Assembly (NCBI RefSeq): GCF_006345805.1
Contig: NC_042999.1
Span: 143,158,001-143,222,000, forward strand
Length of the DNA: 64,000 nt
Direction of reading: 5' to 3'
DNA from: Octopus sinensis
Lineage: Eukaryota
In this document: positions 56,764 through 64,000 of the stretch, one piece after another
Layout: every line of letters begins with the position of its first letter
How positions within the stretch are numbered: the first letter of the stretch is position 1
The notes under the pieces: model-generated
What the model was told of the DNA's origin: nothing
What the model saw: the letters and a program-made list of their open reading frames with translations, nothing else
Databases searched by the model: none
Program-made: the position numbers and the translations under genes

Positions 56764-56950
56764 ACACACACACACAGACGTACATCTTTGAGGGTGTACG
56801 AAGAACCTACTACTACGATTGGCACATGGTCTGAAATTTTGGGAGAGGCGATAGCAACATCAGTACCAGCAAGCGAGTGCAGTGTCAGTTACGAAGAGTT
56901 TAGTAACACTGTACAACTTTATTTTCATCGTTATACTTTCTATTTGTAAA

Positions 56951-57150
56951 GGCGGTGAGCTGGCAGAATCGTTACCGACCCGGACAAAATGCTTAGTGGA
57001 ATTTTCTTCTGGCTTTACGTTCTGAGTTCAAATGTCGCCCAGGTCGAACTTACTTTTCATCCCTTCGCAGTTGATGAAGTAAGTGCCAGTTGAGCACTTG
57101 GGTCGATCTAATCAACTATCTCCTCTCCCAAAATTTCAGACCTTGTGGCT
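56951..57150 (+). mobile_element. SINE family A copy
   Basis: ggcggtgagctggcagaatcgtta...gttctgagttcaaat (pol III A/B boxes). Confidence 0.8.
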
Positions 57151-57164
57151 CTAGTAGTAGGCAC

Positions 57165-57390
57165 AAGTTCTATAAATTCAATCATATTTATCAAAAATGG
57201 AGGTGATAAGATGTTAAAATGTCGTAAGAAGTTTATTCATGCATACAATCGTTTCGTACATATATATAAATTCATTTTAAAATTTCCAAAATGTACGAAA
57301 CGAGTGTATGCATGAATGAATTTCTTACAACTTTTTAACATTTTATCTCCTCCATTTTTGACAATTATGATTGGATTTGTAGAACTTCAT
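57165..57390. mobile_element. Palindromic MITE-like fold-back element
   Basis: Imperfect arms aagttctataaattcaatcat...tcgtttcgtaca and tgtacgaaacga...atgattggatttgtagaactt, about 95 bp each. Confidence 0.75.
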
Positions 57391-57442
57391 TTTATAAATT
57401 AATCATACACTTAACACACACACACACACACATATGTGTATA

Positions 57443-57491
<49 letters not shown>

Positions 57492-57499
57492 CTTCTCAC

Positions 57500-57615
57500 C
57501 TTTGTTTAGATATGTAATTCGATCTTCTTCAATGCGTTGAGTGGTTGAGGTTGGCGTCTCCATGATATACCGGTAGCCTGACGTATCATTTTCTCTAAGG
57601 GCGAAAACAGAAGAT
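57500..57615 (-). CDS. grh: grh exon, start of CP2 DNA-binding domain (SSVFALRENDTSGYRYIMETPTSTTQRIEEDRITYLNK)
   Basis: gcag|A ... AAAG|gtgaga; phase 2 to 1; contains ITYLNKG motif. Confidence 0.95.
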
Positions 57616-58805
57616 CTGCATTAACATCATTAATTGTTCTTATTGTACGATTGTAAGTAGTAATTGCTTTCCCTTATGACTTTCTGGTCAGGTTTATGAA
57701 TGAATGGAAAGAGATACATCCACATCACTCACTCACTCACTCACTCACTCTCTCTCACACACACATACACACAAAGATGCACAAATAAATGACTCCAATA
57801 GTTAGGAGTCAAATGTTTATGTGTGTTCAAGAGAGAGAGGTGGAATGGGGGCGGTAAAGAGTGACTATATCTATGCGCTTGGTATTTAAAAATGAATGGT
57901 CTTTGTATTAGATGAAGGATTACGTCTTCAGGAAAGTTAATGGTCCTTGACTAGGTTTTGACTTTAATATGGCTGTGTAAGAAGAGGAAGGCCAGTGTCA
58001 AGATATTCTGCCTGATCCCCAAGACCGATGAAGGAAAATGATGAAGAAACCAAGCATGTGTTACTCTCAGACTGGAGACCAGGTCTCCGGCCTGTGAATA
58101 ACGCATGTATGGTCGCCACTAAAGCCACTTAGGAGTCTGATGGCTGAAAGATTAAATCAAAAACGGATGCTGTCAACTCGATGGGTTTTCACAGTTTCCA
58201 TTCATCCAATCTGACTAATAGGTCTTGGGTTTACCCGATGCTGTGGCAGAATACATTTTAACCACATTGTCATTCCTATATAGATTGCAGATAGAGATAT
58301 TAAAGACATTGCAGTTATCTATGTAATTGTTGAACGCTGTCATTTCAGATAGCGTCATATTTTTCAGACAATGCACCTGGGGCTATATTATCCCACACAT
58401 CTTTCCCATTTGGCGATGGCGGAGAGTAACCGAAGGAGATTTGGCTGCTATTTCTAGCGGGTAGAGTGATTACTCAATGACTCCTTCGTCCGGTCATATT
58501 TGTAGATGTGTCTCCACATATTGTTGTAGATAACAAAAAAAGTTGTATATCTAGACACACCTTGATGATACCAACTAGAGATAGTTTATATGTAATCGGC
58601 TATAAATAATAACTGAAAATCGAAGGGGCTAGTGGCCGAAAATATCGCTATTGTAAAGCAGAAAATGATAAATATGAATATTTTCTCGCGGCACACTGAC
58701 ATAAATATGTTTTTGCTTGAACACTTCATAAGTGTGGATTATTTCAACGTTGTAGCTACAAACCCGAGAATGCAATTCTGATATATGAACTAGTTAATTA
58801 AAAAC

Positions 58806-58807
<2 letters not shown>

Positions 58808-58837
<30 letters not shown>

Positions 58838-59100
58838 TGTATGTATGTATGTATGTATGTATGTATGTATGTATGTATGTATGTATGCATGCATGTATGT
58901 ATGTATGTATGTATGTATGTATGTGTGTATGTATGTATGTATGCATGCATGCATGTATGTATGTATGTATGTATGTATGTATGTATGTATGTATGTATGT
59001 ATGTATGTATGTATGCATGCATGTATGTATGTATGTATGTATGATGTATGTATGTATGTATGTATGTATGAATATATGTATGTATGTATGTATGTATGTA
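58808..59100. repeat. (TATG)n tract
   Basis: Direct reading. Confidence 0.95.
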
Positions 59101-60200
59101 TTTGCAGATTTGTATGTTTCTCATGCGTATACTTGCATATCTAGACATGCTCATGTATACTTAAATGATAACCTTCTGGAAAGTTTTACAGATTTTTACA
59201 GTTCCAGTGATGGCTTCGATCTGTAATCTTTGAATCAGCTTTTTCCTTTCTGGTTTTCAGAATTCTAATTTCTCAAGATTGGTATTTAGGCAATGTGTTA
59301 CATATCCCAGTTCCTTAATGGTTACATGTATAAACTTGAACATGTAATCTGGATAGAGTAGCTGCAGATTTCTCAGTAGTTCAGCGTATGTATGTATGTA
59401 TGTATGTATGTATGTATGTATGTATGTATGTATGTATGTATGTATGTATGTATGTATGTATGTATGTATGTATGTATGTGTGTGTGTGTGTGTGTCTATG
59501 TATGTTTGTATGTATGTATGTATGTATGTATGTATGTATGTATGTATGTATGTATGTATGTATGTATGTATGTATGTATGTATTGTATGTATGTATGTAT
59601 GTATGTATGTTGTATGTATGTATGTATGTATGCATGCATGCATGTATGTATGTATGTATGTATGTAGTATGTATGTGTATGTATGTATGTATGTATGCAT
59701 GCATGTATGTATGTATGTATGTATGTATGATGTATGTATGTATGTATGAATATATGTATGTATGTATGTATGTATGTATTTGCAGATTTGTATGTTTCTC
59801 ATGCGTATACTTGCATATCTAGACATGCTCATGTATACTTAAATGATAACCTTCTGGAAAGTTTTACAGATTTTTACAGTTCCAGTGATGGCTTCGATCT
59901 GTAATCTTTGAATCAGCTTTTTCCTTTCTGGTTTTCAGAATTCTAATTTCTCAAGATTGGTATTTAGGCAATGTGTTACATATCCCAGTTCCTTAATGGT
60001 TACATGTATAAACTTGAACATGTAATCTGGATAGAGTAGCTGCAGATTTCTCAGTAGTTCAGCGTATGTATGTATGTATGTATGTATGTATGTATGTATG
60101 TATGTATGTATGTATGTATGTATGTATGTATGTATGTGTGTGTGTGTGTGTCTATGTATGTTTGTATGTATGTATGTATGTATGTATGTATGTATGTATG
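59069..60200. repeat. Tandem duplication, 678-bp period, in (TATG)n
   Basis: The unique block of about 285 bp at 59101-59386 recurs at 59779-60064 with no difference seen by eye. Confidence 0.9.
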
Positions 60201-60321
60201 TATGTATGTATGTATGGATACGTTTGTGTATATGGATACGTGTGTGTGTGTAAGTATGTATTACATTACTACAATCAGTAGCAATTCTTTGTTAATCTAA
60301 ATCATATCTATTCTTACTATT

Positions 60322-60663
60322 GGAGGAGGAGATCCCCTTCGCTCATGAATGACCATGAAATTGCCCCTAGAAAGTTACCCTCCGACGCACAAGTCCAGGC
60401 AAGGTTGTTTATGGAAGGCCAGCAGTCACCCATGCATACCAGCCTCCCCTCTCACACCACTGATGTTATCCAAGGGAAAGGCAAAGGCCGATACAGCTTG
60501 GCACTAATGATTTCGCAACTCATTTCTACAGCTGAGTGAACTGGAGCAACGTGAAATAAAGTGTCTTGCTCAAGAATACAACACGCAGCCCGGTCCGGGA
60601 ATCGAACTCACGACCTCACAATCGTAAGCTCGACGCTCTAATCACTGAGCCATGTGCCTTCAC
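60322..60663 (-). mobile_element. tRNA-derived SINE family C
   Basis: Head gtgaaggcacatggctcagtg...gtgagttcgattcccggaccgg on minus; core aaagtgtcttgctcaagaatacaacac. Confidence 0.85.
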
Positions 60664-61037
60664 CACTTGTGCCTGGGAAGGTAATTTTCTAGGTGCAATC
60701 CCATGTATTCCTACTATATGCACAAAGAATCACTTTAAAATGGTAAATAAATTCTAGGTGTGCCTGCAACCGAAACTCAAGAAAGACCACATGTATTTTT
60801 ATCATGCCATATTGATAACCTTGAATCGAGTACTACAAGCTAATGAAATATCTTAATTATAGAAGGGTTTTCTGTCATGGTTATAAATTATGTCATTGTG
60901 AAGGATACAACACATTGCTGATGACAGGGCAGGATACTAACTGTCAGCCTATCTCAGGGTGGGAGTTTCTAGAATCTTGAATCTTAGCCATAAAAATAGC
61001 CAAAATATAATATCAATATTCTCAAAAATCTACTTAC

Positions 61038-61231
61038 AATTTTGGTATAACGACACTTGATCCATGTAATTTTTCGGCCCCAGCGATTTGTCCTTTTATG
61101 TTCACGGTACTTTGTGATCGGCGTCTTTTAAGGTATTTGGGTTTTTGCTCTGTAATAATCTCAGCCCCAGCCGCTCCTGTTGTTGCACCTCCATAGGGAG
61201 GGGCCAACGCTGATTGGGCTTCTTTGAATGC
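61038..61231 (-). CDS. grh: grh exon, N-terminal region (AFKEAQSALAPPYGGATT...KPKYLKRRRS...VVIPK)
   Basis: Acceptor attttacag|GCA, donor TT|gtaagt. 194 nt open, and the phase-2 end matches the next exon. Confidence 0.8.
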
Positions 61232-62821
61232 CTGTAAAATACAGATGTAAATAAAAGATGTCAAAAATTAAATTCAGTTATTGAATTGTATTGAATCGTA
61301 AGATTGTTGTTGTTGTTGTTGCTGTTGTTGTTATTATCATTATTGACAATATCAGACAATTGTTGTTTTATTTTACTATTGGCCTTGAGCAAATAACGCA
61401 ATAATTTTGTTGTAAAGATTTCATGTCAATACCTTAAATACATGAGTAAAAGAAAAGAGGCAAATAAGAATTTTATCACATTGAATGGACATTACACTCC
61501 AATAAAACTAAAGCAAACAAACTGGAATATGCGATATTAAGCTCACCCCCCACCACACACACACGCACACGCACACAAACAAACACGCATACTATTAAAA
61601 TTATATGCATGCGTGTGTGTGTATGTGTATATAAAATACTTAGATATATACGTGATTATACAATAATTTTTATATTATATGAAAGAAATTTTAGGAATAA
61701 CAATAAAGCATTTACTGAGGGGATCTTAATACTAAATGTAGAATAGAATTGTTTCTAAAATTTGTTTTTAGTGGGGCTACAAAGTTTTGTTTGAAGAAAT
61801 TCCAAAAGACTGGTTGAATATGCTGACAGGAGAAACTTGAAATCTATGTCAAAATTAATGTTATAATGCCTGTATTTATATCCCAGTGGGATTTGATCTT
61901 ACAATATAAAGGAACGTAACTAAATAACAACGCTTTTTAATCATTGGACCGTCTATCTATTCTACTATTTACCATCCTCAGCTTAATAATGGTTATTAGC
62001 TTAGACACAATGCTTTTTTCGAAAATCCCTCCAAAAGTCGAAATTTTATGTAAAAGGAAAATGAATGTACAACAAAGTAGGTCAGAAAAAAGAACGGCTA
62101 AAAACGTAAAGAAGCTGTACTAGTTTCTTTTGGTAACTGTCACAATTATTGCAACAAATATTTGAATATAAGTAAGAAAATGCCAAAGTTCGAATTGGGG
62201 CAAAATAAGAAATGTTAGAGCGAATAAGAACTCCGTATTCTTTGTGAAATCAGAAAAGATGAAATAAGAGTAAGACAGAACACTAGGTATTTAAAGAATT
62301 ACAAAATAGATAAATAAATATAAGTAATAAAGTAGATGAAATAAAGACCTAAATAATTCTGCAAATGGCAGAGAAGCTTAAGAAGATCAGAAAACTTGAA
62401 AACAGCCAACTCGGTGAGCAAATAATCAGTTAATTCACCTTTGACATTTCATATAAACCTGAAATAACAGACCTGCTAACAAGGAAAGGGATACAAGAGT
62501 TATTTTATAAATCATGTGAGATGACGAAAAGTGATATACAAGGCTGTACTTCGTTGATGAGTTCAAAATGAGATCTAAACATCCAGAATTGTCTCCCATA
62601 CATGCCGAGAAAATGTAAATCATATTAATTGTTGACTAATTATATATATTTTTACGCGCGCGTACACACAAACACACATTAGATTTCAACTGGCCTATTT
62701 ATTATTGTTGCCGAGAGGTGGCGTAAATTCGTCGTAAATTCGATCGCTCGTAAGTCGGACAGGTCGTATGTTGACGACGACCTGTACACACACACACACA
62801 CACACACACAGACACACACAC

Positions 62822-62871
<50 letters not shown>

Positions 62872-63608
62872 TATATATACATATATATATACCAATATTT
62901 GGAGCGATTCTGGAGATTTGGTACAGAAGCTAGGGAAATGCATTTGTTACTTGTAAATTTACGTCAGATATTTCAATTTTCTGACGTTCTAACCTTAAGG
63001 AAATCAAAAATTTTTTTTCTGTCAAACTAATATCTTCAAGGATCTCTCAATATTTTATGATCCCCAATGAAGTCTAAGAGGAAGTTTACCTGTTATTTTA
63101 TTGCTACATTGCACATGCGTTGCCAAGTGGTAGTAAATTTCCTGAGTCCCGTTTGCGATAGAGTTTCTGTTTCCTTGAGCCAGTTAACCAACTTTTCCCC
63201 ACCCTCGTACTTTCTCATTGACTGAAATGATTGAGAATGTTCACTCTTGGAACAAAAGGATTTGAAAACTAAGATGTTGGAAACACGACAGTGCTTCTTA
63301 CTTTTAAAATATGGTTACGTTTGTGTGAACGTAGAACGTGTAATGGTGTATGTAGGTATGTAGTTGAGAATATATTTGTGCTTGTCTGCGTGACAAGGAG
63401 AGAGAGGGACAGACAGAGTGAAAGAAAGAGAAAGAGAGAAAGACATAATGAACGAGAGAGAGAGAAAGAGAGAGAAAGAAAGAGAGAGAGAGGTAATGAG
63501 AGAGAGAGAGAGAGTGAGAGAGAGAGAGAGAGAGAGAAAGAGAGGGAGAGAAAAGAGAACGAGAAAGAGCATGTTTATGTGTATGTGCTATGAGAGAATG
63601 TGTGATAA

Positions 63609-63840
63609 GGCGGCGAGCTGGCAGAAACGTTAGCACGCCGGGCGAAATGCTTAGCAGTATTTCGTCTGTCGTTACGTTCTGAGTTCAAATTCCGCCGAGG
63701 TCGACTTTGCCTTTCATCCTTTCGGGGTCGATAAATTAAGGACCAGTTGCGCACTGGGGTCGATGTAATCGACTTAATCCCTTCGTCTGTCCTTGTTTGT
63801 CCCCTCTATGTTAAGCCCCTTGTGGGCAATAAAGAAATAA
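63609..63840 (+). mobile_element. tRNA-derived SINE family A, full length
   Basis: A box tggcagaaacg, B box gttcaaattcc, core gcctttcatcctttcggggtcgataaa, tail gggcaataaagaaataa. Confidence 0.9.
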
Positions 63841-64000
63841 GAATATATATGTGTGACTAATGCGGAGACAGTAGAGATATGTTTGTGTGTGTTTAGCGCA
63901 TTTAGCAGGGGATATCTCGTGTCTCCCCATACTTGTGAAATCATGTGGATGTAAATGAATGTATGCATGATTGCATGTTTGTTTTAGGACAGAGGTATGT

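Noticed and set aside
58794-60300. Many MYVC/HTYI ORFs, also found at 3.5-4.2, 16, 30-32, 37, 42-45 and 50-51 kb
   Set aside because: Microsatellite read-through in all frames.
60915-60950. CTGATGA followed by a small hairpin
   Set aside because: Lacks the downstream GAAA and stem III needed for a hammerhead.
63609-63700. tRNA-like A/B boxes (also 8400-8468 and 60580-60663)
   Set aside because: SINE heads with no cloverleaf, followed by SINE bodies; not tRNA genes.

Overview
Eukaryotic, AT-rich, microsatellite-saturated animal DNA. The SINE and transposon content resembles a coleoid cephalopod (Octopus-like), which is an inference. The main gene is a minus-strand grainyhead-like (grh/GRHL, CP2-domain) transcription factor. 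I assembled 12 GT-AG exons with mutually consistent phases between 61231 and the stop at 33303, except across one unresolved stretch (46941 to 40984) and the missing start codon. They cover the full DNA-binding domain and the C-terminal dimerisation domain. The 21-30 kb block is a transposon graveyard: several R4/Dong-like (RLE) non-LTR retrotransposon pieces abut (TAA)n arrays, and one is interrupted by a near-intact 1292-bp mariner with TA duplication and TIRs. Also present are a decayed DD37D (maT)-like element, CR1-like 3' ends, three tRNA-SINE families, a hAT MITE with an 8-bp TSD carrying a nested palindrome, two hammerhead-ribozyme-like Penelope-type motifs and a 678-bp tandem duplication. 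A CpG-rich promoter-like island (NRF1/ETS/YY1) and exon-like segments of an unidentified gene lie at 5.9-8.0 kb. Most ORFs in the supplied track are microsatellite read-through. There is no CRISPR array, rRNA or bona fide tRNA.
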